49,320 nucleotides of DNA from Chloroflexota bacterium. GTDB lineage: Bacteria; Chloroflexota; Dehalococcoidia; Lucifugimonadales; UBA3495. Of the stretch, positions 39,328 through 49,100 are shown one piece after another. The position numbers and the translations under genes are program-made. The notes below the pieces were generated by a model. The model worked only from the letters and a program-made list of their open reading frames with translations, ran no database searches and was not told the origin of the DNA. The stretch spans positions 1-49,320 of the forward strand of contig JACZYV010000003.1 in NCBI GenBank assembly GCA_022570905.1. The letters run 5' to 3'. Within the stretch, counting starts at the first letter, position 1. Each line of letters opens with the position of its first letter.

Positions 39328-41616
39328 CTAGCGGTTTCCGCCTTGGAAGCGTCCGCCGCCTGAGCCTCCGGAACTGCGGGGAGGTCCGCTGGGTCCACGG
39401 CCACCGCCGCCACCAGAACCACCGCGTCCACCGCCGAACCCACCACGTCCACCCCGGTCGCCGCCCCGGTCACCGCCCCGGTCACGATTGAACCCACCGC
39501 TGGGCTCAGGCCGTGGGGCCGGGGGACTATCGTCGCCAAACAGGGCCTTGCGGGAAAGGTTGACCCGTCCTTGAGAGTCGATCTCGCGAATCATGACCGT
39601 GAGTTCCTGACCCTCGAACAGTTCCTCTTCCATGTCGCCCAGGTCGCCGTTGCGGATCAGGCCGTCCTTTCCGGGGACCAATTCGACGAAGGCGCCGAAG
39701 TTGGTGATGCGCACCACCTTGCCGGTGAATATGTCGCCGATCTGCAACTCGCGGGTGAGGGCGTCCACCTTGGATTGGGCCAGTTCCAGCATGACGGGAT
39801 CCACGCCGCCGATGGTCACTGACCCGTCGTCTTCAACGTTGATGGTAGTGCCGGTCTCCTCGATGATGGCCCGGATCACGCGGCCGCCAGGACCGATGAG
39901 CGCACCGATCTTCTCGACCTTGATCTTCAGACGGACCATCTTGGGCGCGTGCTCGCTCATCTGAGGACGGGTCTCGGAGATCGCCTCGTTCATCTTGTCC
40001 ATGATGTGCATGCGGCCCTGGCGCGCTTGTTCCAAGGCTTCTTTCAGGATGTCATAGGTCAGATGCGTCGTCTTTACGTCCATCTGCAGGGCGTTCACGC
40101 CGGCGGCGGTGCCCGCCACTTTAAAGTCCATGTCACCCAGGAAATCTTCCAGGCCTTGGATGTCGCTGAGGATGGCGTACTCGCCGTCATCGCCGGTGAT
40201 CAGGCCCATGGCGATTCCGGCCACCGCGGCTTTGATCGGGATGCCGGCGTCCATCAGACTCAAAGAGCTGCCACAGACGCTGCCCATGGACGTGCTGCCG
40301 TTGGAACTGAGGCACTCGGAAACGATGCGGATGGCGTAGGGGAAATCGTCTTCCGATGGCAGGACGGGAAGGATGGCCCGTTCGGCCAAGGCCCCGTGTC
40401 CGATCTCACGGCGTCCGGGGGACATGGCCCGCCGGGCTTCGCCGGTGGAATACGACGGGAAGTTGTAATGGTGCATGAACCGTTTGGTGTTGTCCGGGCC
40501 CACGGAATCCAGTGTTTGCTTCAAGCTCAGGGAGGCCACCGTCACGATGGACAGGACCTGGGTCTCGCCCCTGGTGAATAGTCCCGTGCCGTGGGTGCGG
40601 GGCAGGATGCCGGTGTCGCAGGTGATGGGGCGGACCTGGTCCAACGCCCGACCGTCGGAACGCACGTGCTGTTGCAGGATGCGGCCTCGAACGGCCTCCC
40701 GGAACACGGCTTTGAAACCGTCGCCGATGGCGTTCTTGGAGTAATCGTCTTTCAGTTGTTCGGTAACCAGCGCGGAGATCTCTCGTTCGCCGTCGTCCAT
40801 CTCGTACATGCCGGGGTTGCGGCTGAGGAGGTCTTCCCAACGGGAGCCGACGATCTCTTTGATCTTGGCGATGATGGCGTCGGCGGCGGCCTGGTCGTAT
40901 TCCACTTCGCCCTTGGGCTTACCCACCTGGCGGGTCAGGTCTTCAATCATATCGATGGTGGCGGTATTGGCGTCTTGGGCCTTGCCGATAGCTTCCAGAA
41001 TCACTTCTTCGGAAACCTCGTTGGCGCCCGCCTCGACCATCAAGATCGCGTCGCGGGAGCTGCTGACCACCATGCTCAACGTGCTCTCTTTGCTCTGATC
41101 GTAGGTGGGGTGGAGGATATATTCACCCTCCTGATAGGCGATGCGGCAGGAGGCGATGGGACCGTTGAAGGGAATCTGGGATATGGAAAGGGCGGCTGAA
41201 GCGCCGATCATGCCCAGAATCTCGGGAGGATTTTCCAGGTCGGACGAGAGTATGGTAATTGTGATCTGAATGTCGTTGTGCAGACCCTTGGGGAACAGGG
41301 GCCGGATGGAACGGTCGGTGAGCCTGGATGCCAGGGTGCCGTCCTGTCCGGGGCGGCCTTCCCGGCGGAAGAAGCTCCCCGGGATCTTTCCGACAGAATA
41401 AAGACGCTCTTCGTAGTCAACGGTCAGGGGCAGGAAGTCTATGTCCTCCGCCCGGGGCTTGCTGGACATAACTGCCGTCACGAGCACGATGGTCTCGCCG
41501 AAAGTGACAGTCACACTGCCGTGGGCTTGGTTTGCCAGTTTTCCGGTCTCGATGGTGATGGTTTTGTCGCCGATCTGGCTTGTGACCGACGTGGGATTAG
41601 CTAATTGTGTAGCCAT
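39328..41616 (-). CDS. pnp: Polyribonucleotide nucleotidyltransferase
   Basis: RREG, RREIGHG, SNGSTSM, GDMDFKVAGT, KH and S1 domains; start likely MATQL. Confidence 0.98.
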   Translation of the reverse strand: MATQLANPTSVTSQIGDKTITIETGKLANQAHGSVTVTFGETIVLVTAVMSSKPRAEDIDFLPLTVDYEERLYSVGKIPGSFFRREGRPGQDGTLASRLTDRSIRPLFPKGLHNDIQITITILSSDLENPPEILGMIGASAALSISQIPFNGPIASCRIAYQEGEYILHPTYDQSKESTLSMVVSSSRDAILMVEAGANEVSEEVILEAIGKAQDANTATIDMIEDLTRQVGKPKGEVEYDQAAADAIIAKIKEIVGSRWEDLLSRNPGMYEMDDGEREISALVTEQLKDDYSKNAIGDGFKAVFREAVRGRILQQHVRSDGRALDQVRPITCDTGILPRTHGTGLFTRGETQVLSIVTVASLSLKQTLDSVGPDNTKRFMHHYNFPSYSTGEARRAMSPGRREIGHGALAERAILPVLPSEDDFPYAIRIVSECLSSNGSTSMGSVCGSSLSLMDAGIPIKAAVAGIAMGLITGDDGEYAILSDIQGLEDFLGDMDFKVAGTAAGVNALQMDVKTTHLTYDILKEALEQARQGRMHIMDKMNEAISETRPQMSEHAPKMVRLKIKVEKIGALIGPGGRVIRAIIEETGTTINVEDDGSVTIGGVDPVMLELAQSKVDALTRELQIGDIFTGKVVRITNFGAFVELVPGKDGLIRNGDLGDMEEELFEGQELTVMIREIDSQGRVNLSRKALFGDDSPPAPRPEPSGGFNRDRGGDRGGDRGGRGGFGGGRGGSGGGGGRGPSGPPRSSGGSGGGRFQGGNR

Positions 41617-41685
41617 AATGTGCCTAGGGCAACCTCGCAATAAATAGCGTGCGCAATCGATAGATGGGGTGAGAGCTAGACGAGA

Positions 41686-41710
41686 AACAACACCCTAGAA
41701 GGGTGTTGTT
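41686..41710 (-). terminator. Hairpin/terminator between rpsO and pnp
   Basis: AACAACACCCT-AGA-AGGGTGTTGTT just after the rpsO stop. Confidence 0.65.
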
Positions 41711-41720
41711 CTGAGGGGAC

Positions 41721-41987
41721 TTACCGCCGCAGGCCAAGCCTGGCGATAAGTGTCTGATAGCGGTTTACGTCTTCCGCATTGAGGTACTTGAGGAGTCTAC
41801 GTCTCTGGGAAACCATACCAAGAAGCCCGCGCCTTGAGTGGACGTCCTTCTTGTGTTCCCGCAGATGGCCCGTGAGTTGCTGGATATTTTCCGTTAGCAC
41901 GGCGACTTGGACTTCGGCTGAGCCGGTGTCTTTGTCGTTTATCTGGTATTCCTTGATGATCCGCGCTTTAGTCTCTCCGTCTAGCAT
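41721..41987 (-). CDS. rpsO: 30S ribosomal protein S15
   Basis: [26 protein letters not shown]; conserved rpsO-pnp synteny. Confidence 0.98.
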   Translation of the reverse strand: MLDGETKARIIKEYQINDKDTGSAEVQVAVLTENIQQLTGHLREHKKDVHSRRGLLGMVSQRRRLLKYLNAEDVNRYQTLIARLGLRR

Positions 41988-42108
41988 CAGATGTGTGTTT
42001 GCTTCTCTCTCTTCTCTTCTTTTACGTCTCGGAGATTATAGCATATGGCCTTGGACCGGGCAACGCGGGGGAGGGGGTTAAGTGGGTTTACAGCGCCCCG
42101 AAACGCCT

Positions 42109-42726
42109 CTAGCCGAGGACCGAGAAACCGTCTGGCAGGCCGTGGCGTCCGGTGGCGGCCAAGACCAAGTCGGGGGCATGACCACGGTACAGTGCCAGTT
42201 GGCCCAGTATCTGAAGCGTGGCTTCCATGCCGTTTTCCGGCGGCTCGGCTTTCACGCCCAGAGCTTTGGCGAGGTCCATGGTGTGGATGATCAACTCAAA
42301 TGTCCGGGTGGGCAGATAATCGATGAGCCGCATACCGCCCACGACGGTGGCCATGATGTGGTCGTCGCTCAGCCCGTCCAGCTTGTTCTTGACGTACATG
42401 GCGAAGCCGCGGACCATCATCTTGGGGTCGTCGATGATCTCCAGTCCCGCGGCCCGGCCGCGCTCGGCGATCTGCTTGTGGTCGACGTTGCCTTCCAGCA
42501 CCTTCAGGAAATAGTCGACAGGCCGCTCGATCTCAACCGAGTCGCCGGGTTTTTCGGAGTAACTCAGCACGGTTGTGAAAGCGCGGTAGGTGTGGCCGAT
42601 CAGGTCCCGTACCAGCCACTCGCCCAGGGCGGGGGCTTCAAAGCCGTCGATATCGATCGTATCGACCACGCCGGCGAAGAACTCCCCAGCTTCCAGGTAG
42701 GTTTCTCTGATATCTTGACCGCTCAT
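42109..42726 (-). CDS. Maleylpyruvate-isomerase N-terminal (MDMPI_N/DinB-like) protein
   Basis: W-x-VRDLIGH and RTFELIIHTMDL motifs; likely start MSGQ at 42726. Confidence 0.82.
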   Translation of the reverse strand: MSGQDIRETYLEAGEFFAGVVDTIDIDGFEAPALGEWLVRDLIGHTYRAFTTVLSYSEKPGDSVEIERPVDYFLKVLEGNVDHKQIAERGRAAGLEIIDDPKMMVRGFAMYVKNKLDGLSDDHIMATVVGGMRLIDYLPTRTFELIIHTMDLAKALGVKAEPPENGMEATLQILGQLALYRGHAPDLVLAATGRHGLPDGFSVLG

Positions 42727-42755
42727 CTGTATCACTCTTACATCAACCGGCAGGG

Positions 42756-43808
42756 TTAAGGTTTGCCCACTTCCCGTTCCACGTTTAGCGACTCCATCAG
42801 GTCGCTGAGCTGGGCCCAGGTCTCGTCCTCCACAAAGATGCCGTCTCTGCGGCGTGTCTGCTCGTTTTTCCACTCGATCTCGCCGGGGTAGAGCACCTCT
42901 TTGAAGCCGGCCGCGGGCGGCGAGTCTTTGATGTATTCCACGAATTCGCCCATCTCCTTCTTGAACTCCTCCAGTGGCCGGAAGTGCTCCAAGTTGAAGG
43001 CGGCGATGAACACGCCGTCGTTGTGCCGGGCCTCGGGGTCGATGCCGAAGCCCAGGCCGGTGAGCAGGCCGGAGAAGACCTCCACCATGAATGAGAGGGC
43101 GTAGCCCTTGTGGCCTTGGTCCCCGCCCACCGGCAGGATGGCCCCGCCGGAGTAATAATCGTTGGGGTCGGTGGTGGGGTTGCCGTCTTTGTCCACGATC
43201 CAGCCCAGGGGTATGTCCTGCTTGCGGCTGCGGGCCAAGGCAATCTTGCCCAGGGCCACAGTGCTGGAGGCCATGTCCATCAAGACCGGGCCGTCCAGGT
43301 TGCTGGGCATGCAGATGCAGATGGGGTTGGTGCCAAGCTTGCGGGCCCGTCCGCCGAAGGGCGCCACGTGCTTGGGAGCCGCGCCGGAATCGGCGGTGAT
43401 CATGCCGATCATGCCATCCGCGGCCATCATGGTGGAATAGTCGCCCAGCCGGCCGATGTGGCTCTGGTGGTGGACGGTGATGGCAGCGACGCCGTTGGTC
43501 TTGGCCTTCTCGATGGCCATCCGGGTGGCCTTTTCGGTGACCACGAAGCCGAAACCCCAGTTGCCGTTGATGACGGCGGTGCAGGGGGCTTCCTTGACCA
43601 CTTCGAATTCCGCGCCGGGGACGATATGCCCCGCGTCGATACGCTCAGCATAGGTGGGGATCTGAATCACGCCGTGGGAGTCGTGGCCGGTCAGATTGGC
43701 CTTGACCAGGTGCCTGGCCACGGTCTCCGCTTCGTCGTCGGGAGTGCCCTTGGCGCGGTAGATGTGGTAGGCGACTTTATGCAGGTATTCGGGCGTGAAA
43801 ATGGGCAT
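42756..43808 (-). CDS. Ldh_2-family oxidoreductase (malate/L-sulfolactate dehydrogenase-like)
   Basis: GHDSHG, SHIGRLG, LGTNP, DMASS, GHKGY, YPGE. Confidence 0.93.
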   Translation of the reverse strand: MPIFTPEYLHKVAYHIYRAKGTPDDEAETVARHLVKANLTGHDSHGVIQIPTYAERIDAGHIVPGAEFEVVKEAPCTAVINGNWGFGFVVTEKATRMAIEKAKTNGVAAITVHHQSHIGRLGDYSTMMAADGMIGMITADSGAAPKHVAPFGGRARKLGTNPICICMPSNLDGPVLMDMASSTVALGKIALARSRKQDIPLGWIVDKDGNPTTDPNDYYSGGAILPVGGDQGHKGYALSFMVEVFSGLLTGLGFGIDPEARHNDGVFIAAFNLEHFRPLEEFKKEMGEFVEYIKDSPPAAGFKEVLYPGEIEWKNEQTRRRDGIFVEDETWAQLSDLMESLNVEREVGKP

Positions 43809-44046
43809 GTTTTAACCTCGGCGGGAAGGTGCCACTAGTCTAGTGGTGGGCTTGGGCTTTGTCCATGATGCGGCGGTCGAACCGCCTGGCTAGATTTTGG
43901 TATACTCGCGAAAATAGTCGACGCCTGGGACCGTATGGCCGAGGGTTGGTGCGGGTGAAAATGGATAGCCCGTGGTCAAGTTGGGCTCAGGTTGACATAT
44001 TTTTACCGGAAACTATCTGTAATCTATTCAAGAAGGAGTTGCGACC

Positions 44047-44388
44047 ATGGCCACAACCAACTTTGCCGTGCCGATCCTGGAAGGGAAAACGGAAGCCTGG
44101 AAGGCGGCGTGTAAGGAAATGTCGGGCCCCAGACGAGAGGAGTACATCGCATCCCGCCGTGCGCTCGGTATCACCAAGGAGATCGCCTGCCTCCAAGAGA
44201 CGCCCCACGGAGACTACGTGGTGGTCCATATCGAGGCCAACGACGTTTCCGGCATCATGCAGGGGATGATGCAGGCAACCGACGCGTTCGCCGTCTGGTT
44301 CAAAGAAGCAGTGTTCAAAGATATCCACGGTATGGACGGCTCCGGTCCGGTACCGCCGGCGCCCCCCATCTTCATAGACATTCTTTAG
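44047..44388 (+). CDS. Hypothetical protein (dimeric alpha/beta-barrel-like)
   Basis: AAGGAG RBS; PILEGK...SRRALGIT-x-E...LQETP-x-GD...WFK...HGMD; followed by a terminator. Confidence 0.75.
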   Translation: MATTNFAVPILEGKTEAWKAACKEMSGPRREEYIASRRALGITKEIACLQETPHGDYVVVHIEANDVSGIMQGMMQATDAFAVWFKEAVFKDIHGMDGSGPVPPAPPIFIDIL

Positions 44389-44400
44389 AGACCACCCACC

Positions 44401-44447
44401 ACGAAAGGCCCCGATCGATGAACAAGACTGGGGCCTTTCGTTTCCTT
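44401..44447 (+). terminator. Intrinsic terminator
   Basis: ACGAAAGGCCCC...GGGGCCTTTCGT followed by T-rich bases. Confidence 0.7.
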
Positions 44448-44487
44448 GTTGCCCATCGATCAACCATGCTATTCTTAGGCATGTAAT

Positions 44488-44562
44488 GCCCCTGTAGCTC
44501 AGTGGATAGAGTACCGGCCTCCGGAGCCGGGGACGAGAGTTCGACCCTCTCCGGGGGTACCA
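44488..44562 (+). tRNA. tRNA-Arg(CCG)
   Basis: Cloverleaf: acceptor GCCCCTG/CGGGGGT, D-arm GCTC..GAGT, anticodon arm CCGGC-CTCCGGA-GCCGG, T-arm GAGAG-TTCGACC-CTCTC, encoded CCA. Confidence 0.97.
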
Positions 44563-44907
44563 TCTTCCCCTCACCTCCCGTCTTATCGCACGTCGATACA
44601 GCCGAGTATCCTCAACCCGGCCGTGAAGTCCTCCCCTCCGCATCCCGCCCTTCCCCATCGGCTAAATCCCCGTTCATCTTTGACCCTTAAACCCCACCGA
44701 AACCCAATGGGTGATTTGCAGGCCCATCCGTCCGTATCTGAGTTAATCAAATAAGATACGTATACCACTACAATATGAATGATTCATGCATTTCAATGCT
44801 GATATTCGCCATTATTATGTGAAATATAGCACAATATTGACATATTATGCCATATGAAGTAGCGTCGCCCACTGACACCATTGATCGGGGATAGATGGAG
44901 GTCCGCT

Positions 44908-45366
44908 ATGTACCAAAAGGTTCTTGTACCCTTGGACGACTCGGATGCTTCCCGGAGTGTGGTCAAGGCATTGTCTGGTCTGGTCGCCGACGGCGGGGAG
45001 GCGATCTTGCTCCACGTAATTCCACCTGGGAAGACCAGAGGCACGGGGAATTTCACCGTTCTGGGCTCCCAGGTAGAGGAAGATCATCGTAACAAGGCCC
45101 TGGTCCACCTGAACCGGCTCTCGAACGAATTGAACGAGGCATCCATCAAGGCAACTGCCACCGTGGTGGTCTCAAATTCAGTGGTGGGGTGCATCGTGAA
45201 CTTCGCTGAGAAAGAGGGCGTTGACCTCATTGCCATGTACACGCACGGGCGCAAGGGCATCGCCAAGTTGCTCAAGGGCAGCGTGACTCAGGACGTGAGG
45301 GCTCACACCACCATCGATGTCCAGGGTTTCTCAGACCCCGAGTTGGCGCAGATCGGCGCCCCGTAA
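44908..45366 (+). CDS. Universal stress protein
   Basis: MYQKVLVPLD-x-S, DLIAMYTHGRKG...GSV; GGAGG RBS. Confidence 0.92.
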   Translation: MYQKVLVPLDDSDASRSVVKALSGLVADGGEAILLHVIPPGKTRGTGNFTVLGSQVEEDHRNKALVHLNRLSNELNEASIKATATVVVSNSVVGCIVNFAEKEGVDLIAMYTHGRKGIAKLLKGSVTQDVRAHTTIDVQGFSDPELAQIGAP

Positions 45367-45396
45367 AGCCCCGCCTGCCGGTGAAGATTCGTAAAC

Positions 45397-45429
45397 AAGC
45401 CCTCGGCCAATCATGGCCGGGGGCTTATT
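45397..45429 (+). terminator. Probable terminator after the USP gene
   Basis: AAGCCCTCGGCCA-ATCA-TGGCCGGGGGCTT stem. Confidence 0.55.
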
Positions 45430-45565
45430 GGTGCGTCGATTGTTGCCAGGGAAACCACGAACCTGGGCGGCAGTGACGCCTTCCAGCCTTCGACTCCCTA
45501 TGTTTGAACGTACCCGGAAGGTTGGGTACGATTGATTTGAGCATCGGATATCGGGAGGAAAGGGT

Positions 45566-45889
45566 ATGGCACAAGAAAACAGGATAAATTTCGCCTCGGC
45601 GCAGCAATTAAACGACACAGTACTGACCATTGGTGGGACAGTATTGGGGTTCTCGATCGCATTCCTCAGCAGGGCGGATTCATTGGAATTCACTTTATTG
45701 CTGAAAGAAGCTTGGACCTTGCTAGCGGTAAGCATCCTCCTGAACGTCTTCTCAAGGGTGGTATCACCGGAACCTGGCGATTCAGATAGGTTCGCCATAT
45801 TATGCTGGCGTTTCTTGGCGCCACTGTCCGCCGGCGCTTTCCTCTCGGGACTCGGCTTGTTAACGGCTTTCGGGGTTATGAACGTTTAA
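45566..45889 (+). CDS. Hypothetical 3-TM membrane protein
   Basis: GGAGG RBS; three hydrophobic segments. Confidence 0.7.
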   Translation: MAQENRINFASAQQLNDTVLTIGGTVLGFSIAFLSRADSLEFTLLLKEAWTLLAVSILLNVFSRVVSPEPGDSDRFAILCWRFLAPLSAGAFLSGLGLLTAFGVMNV

Positions 45890-45947
45890 AGAGCGAACTA
45901 TCGAGTGCGTCTCAGCACGTCGTGCGCACCTGACCTCCAGACCAGCC

Positions 45948-46169
45948 GTGGCCAGGTCCATGCTGGACGGGAGCGTCCCTGAGCCGGGGGGTTGGAACCG
46001 CATGGTGATTGAAGTGGACGACCTTGCATCCTTGGTGGAGACGTTGAAAGGAGAGGGAACTATCTTCCGGAACGATATCCTCAGCGGAGTGGGCGGGCTG
46101 CAGATACTCGTGGAAGACCCGTCGGGCAATCCCATCGAGTTGAATCAGCCCTCCGAAGACCGGCCCTGA
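45948..46169 (+). pseudogene. N-terminally truncated VOC/glyoxalase gene
   Basis: Only the C-terminal half is present (PEPGGWNR..EVDDL..FRNDI..QILVEDPSGNPIEL); the first beta-alpha-beta unit is absent. Confidence 0.65.
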
Positions 46170-46220
46170 TCCCCACCTAAAATCGCGGCCGCAGAGACAC
46201 CGGTAGGCGAATGAACTGTA

Positions 46221-46252
46221 AAACCCCCTGGCCATCGATGGCCAGGGGGTTT
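46221..46252. terminator. Bidirectional terminator (32-bp perfect palindrome)
   Basis: AAACCCCCTGGCCATCGATGGCCAGGGGGTTT between convergent ORFs. Confidence 0.8.
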
Positions 46253-46318
46253 CTTCGCGCGCTAAATCTCGTCCGGAGTTCCGCGGCCGGCGCCCGCTAG
46301 GCGTTAGCTGGATAAAAT

Positions 46319-47096
46319 TTATTCAGGGTTTTCGAATTGGTCGAGCACCCACTGTACTTCATCCCGGATCTCGCGCATCGTCGTGGCAACACCAAGCCCC
46401 GCGACAACTTCGGGCTGCGTGAAAAGAAAATTGAATTCGAGATTCGCAGCCGAATGACCATTACCTGTAGCCTCAAGGTTCTCGATGGAGATATGTGCGA
46501 GTTCAGCGCCACGTTCGATCGGAGTACCTGGGTGGATCGTGAATGTGGTCAAATTGTACCCAGGCACCGTTTGGTAACCAATGAGCCGTACCTGTTCCAT
46601 CCGTGCGGTGGCGGTGGCGACGGAAAGCAGGCTGTGTTTATCGATTCGATTGATGTCCTGCAGGATGAGGAGCAGGTCGTTCCCTCTGTTGTAAGGCTGT
46701 GCCCGCTCGATCAACGTTCGTTGCCTATCTGGCAGCCTGCCGATATTGCTGGGGCTGTTAGCCTCGAAGAGTTCACGGGTTTTCTGGACGGGGAAGATAA
46801 CGTTCCCATTGAAAGTTGGGTCTATATCCAGCCAGAATTGCCAGAGCAGGTGTTCGAGGGCCGACTGGAGGTTGTTACAGATGTCTCCCAGGATGAAAGG
46901 GATGCTGGCGGGCAAGGGTTCCCAGTGCGCGACATATGCGACTACGTGGCGCGTCTCGCCTTCACGTATAACCCTAAAACCGATCTGATAGGGCTCTCGA
47001 GCAGTGAACCGCTGCATAATACGGTTCAGGGCTCCGAGATGGACATTCGCTCTTTTGAGCTTATCCCTGGCGCTATCCCTGACGCTTCAGTGTCAT
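46319..47096 (-). CDS. Hypothetical protein, possibly frameshifted near the 5' end
   Basis: The frame is open upstream of ATG 47017 as SARDKLKRANVHLGALNRI; the ATG at 47096 is one base out of frame. Motifs GDICNNLQSALEH, FP, QPY, NRIDKH. Confidence 0.65.
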
Positions 47097-47620
47097 ATTC
47101 GTTCCAACGCGGTAAGAGTTCGATACGAAGATAGACAAGATGGCGAAGCCGGTGAAAGAATCACCGTCTAGCCGGACGATTTAATTGTAGCCTCATTTTC
47201 GAAATCATGTTGCTACATCACCACCTCGATAATTTCCCGGTTTAGCATACAGATCACCTGGACCGGGGTGGCCCGCGTTAGTACGAGACTATCTGGTGAC
47301 ACGATGGTAGATTTGCCGGACGGGAAGGCCGGACCGTGGAACCAGATGCAATACCCTAGATGAAACGATCATCAAAGGAGATGCCGTGGTCCGCGGCCCG
47401 CGATGCCAGCGATTTAGCTGTGACTACAATTTGGACAGCCTGTCTGAAATCGAGATTGTCTGTATCATGCCTATTGGACACGCATCTTCCCCGCAAGATA
47501 TATACCCGAGTCACCGGGTTGGTAATTTTGCGATAATCATGCCTCAGTACCAAAGGTGATTGTGGCGCCTGAAATTTGGTTACCCGGCTGGTCCAAGCAA
47601 CGGCATAAAGCTAGCTATTT

Positions 47621-49057
47621 ATGACGGACACAAACAAACTCAACTACATCTTGCAAATTACCGACTCAGTTACGACACGAACGTGCGCTGTTCGTCTGAA
47701 CCCAGAAGACGCATCGATTCCCTGGGAAAGTTTGCTTGAGCGATACCTCAAATCTCCACCATTTGAGGAGTTGCTCGAAGGGCAGCGCATAACCCCTGAG
47801 TCCGCCCGAAGTTTGTCTGCAATCCAAGACTTGGCATATGTCAGCGACGACGACGGACAGCTTCATGACTTGTTCGCTGGAACAATCGTTAAACAAGGCA
47901 ACCGAACCCTAGCGGCAGGGACGGTTCCGGAAGTGGGAGTCGGGCACACAAGTGAGATTGAAGTTGCGGTGATCGACCTGACGTTGGACCGCTGGAATGT
48001 TGGTTATGACCGCAATTTAATAGGTTTCAAAAAGAGGAGGTGGGCGAAGGACGAGCCCGCATTTTGGGGATTTATCAGGTCCGCAATCGAACGAGACCAC
48101 AGTCCTTTAGACACTGATTCTATCCTCGAACTAGATTCTGCGAAGGACAGGCTCACGCTGCTCCGGTCCATTTCTAAACGAATCTGGGAAGCGGACTTTG
48201 AGAGTTACTCGCGCTTCACCGGCCAAAAACTCATCTTTAAATCAGGGGATGAAACGGTCCTGAATATCATCGCCGGTGGCGGTGGCATTTGCTCGGAAAA
48301 AGTCCAAGCGCTGAAATTCCTCACAGATAGCCTGGGGTACGAGTCGGAGTACCTTTTAGCGGGCCCCAACGCTAAAAACCCGATTCCTGAAGAAAAATTA
48401 AGAGAACTCCTCACTACCTTCGAATTCAATTTTTCGAAACGTTACATGCGTTATTGGGAGCATCTGGCGCTGTTGTATCACCTAGACGGCTCGGACATCG
48501 TCGTGGACGCCACAAATGGTAATATACCCTTCATTTTCCTCACTGGGCCCGATGTCGATAAGATGCTTAATACCAGGGAGAAGACTCCGGTATCGGTGAG
48601 GATGTCACTCAATGAGGAGTCTTTTTACTACCACCGGGTATCTCAGGATATTCCAGAAAACCTGCTCTTTGCGTTGGAGGGTTGGATCCCGGAGGTCGAC
48701 TTGATACAAGTCTTTGAAAACGAATTGGGCCTTTTCATCTCAGAGGGATTCTTCATCGCGCCGATCGTTTACAAGAATCGGCAAGAGTTCTTGGACCTCC
48801 AGATGAAATATGTAAATGCGTGCGGACAGGCCAGATTGGATTGTGCAATCCAAGAAGAGTGGAACTTGGACTCTAAGATGGGGCAATTATTCGCGAAGGA
48901 GCATCCATTCGCCAGCCAGCAGATTTTGGCATGCGAAGAGCATCTACTGTTCCGATACAATGAGAGCGAAGGCCAAGACCACAAAGCCGGTGTCTTGGTA
49001 GTAAATCTGAAGAGTTGCGTATGTCCCGCACAGCACCGGGTGCGTGACGGCAAATGA
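47621..49057 (+). CDS. Uncharacterised protein with a putative Cys-His-Asp (NAT/transglutaminase-like) triad
   Basis: GGIC224SEK, EH281LAL, VVD296AT; 478-aa open frame in AT-richer DNA. Confidence 0.75.
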   Translation: MTDTNKLNYILQITDSVTTRTCAVRLNPEDASIPWESLLERYLKSPPFEELLEGQRITPESARSLSAIQDLAYVSDDDGQLHDLFAGTIVKQGNRTLAAGTVPEVGVGHTSEIEVAVIDLTLDRWNVGYDRNLIGFKKRRWAKDEPAFWGFIRSAIERDHSPLDTDSILELDSAKDRLTLLRSISKRIWEADFESYSRFTGQKLIFKSGDETVLNIIAGGGGICSEKVQALKFLTDSLGYESEYLLAGPNAKNPIPEEKLRELLTTFEFNFSKRYMRYWEHLALLYHLDGSDIVVDATNGNIPFIFLTGPDVDKMLNTREKTPVSVRMSLNEESFYYHRVSQDIPENLLFALEGWIPEVDLIQVFENELGLFISEGFFIAPIVYKNRQEFLDLQMKYVNACGQARLDCAIQEEWNLDSKMGQLFAKEHPFASQQILACEEHLLFRYNESEGQDHKAGVLVVNLKSCVCPAQHRVRDGK

Positions 49058-49100
49058 GTATTCTATTTACTTGACGGAGATGCACCGAGCTTATTACAGC

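Noticed and set aside
46337-47134. 265-aa + strand ORF in the island
   Set aside because: Fully antisense to the minus-strand ORF, which has more protein-like motifs and faces the terminator at 46221.
47135-47620. Hidden gene or RNA in the island gap
   Set aside because: Only short ORFs without RBS or motifs and no clear hairpins; nothing supportable by eye.
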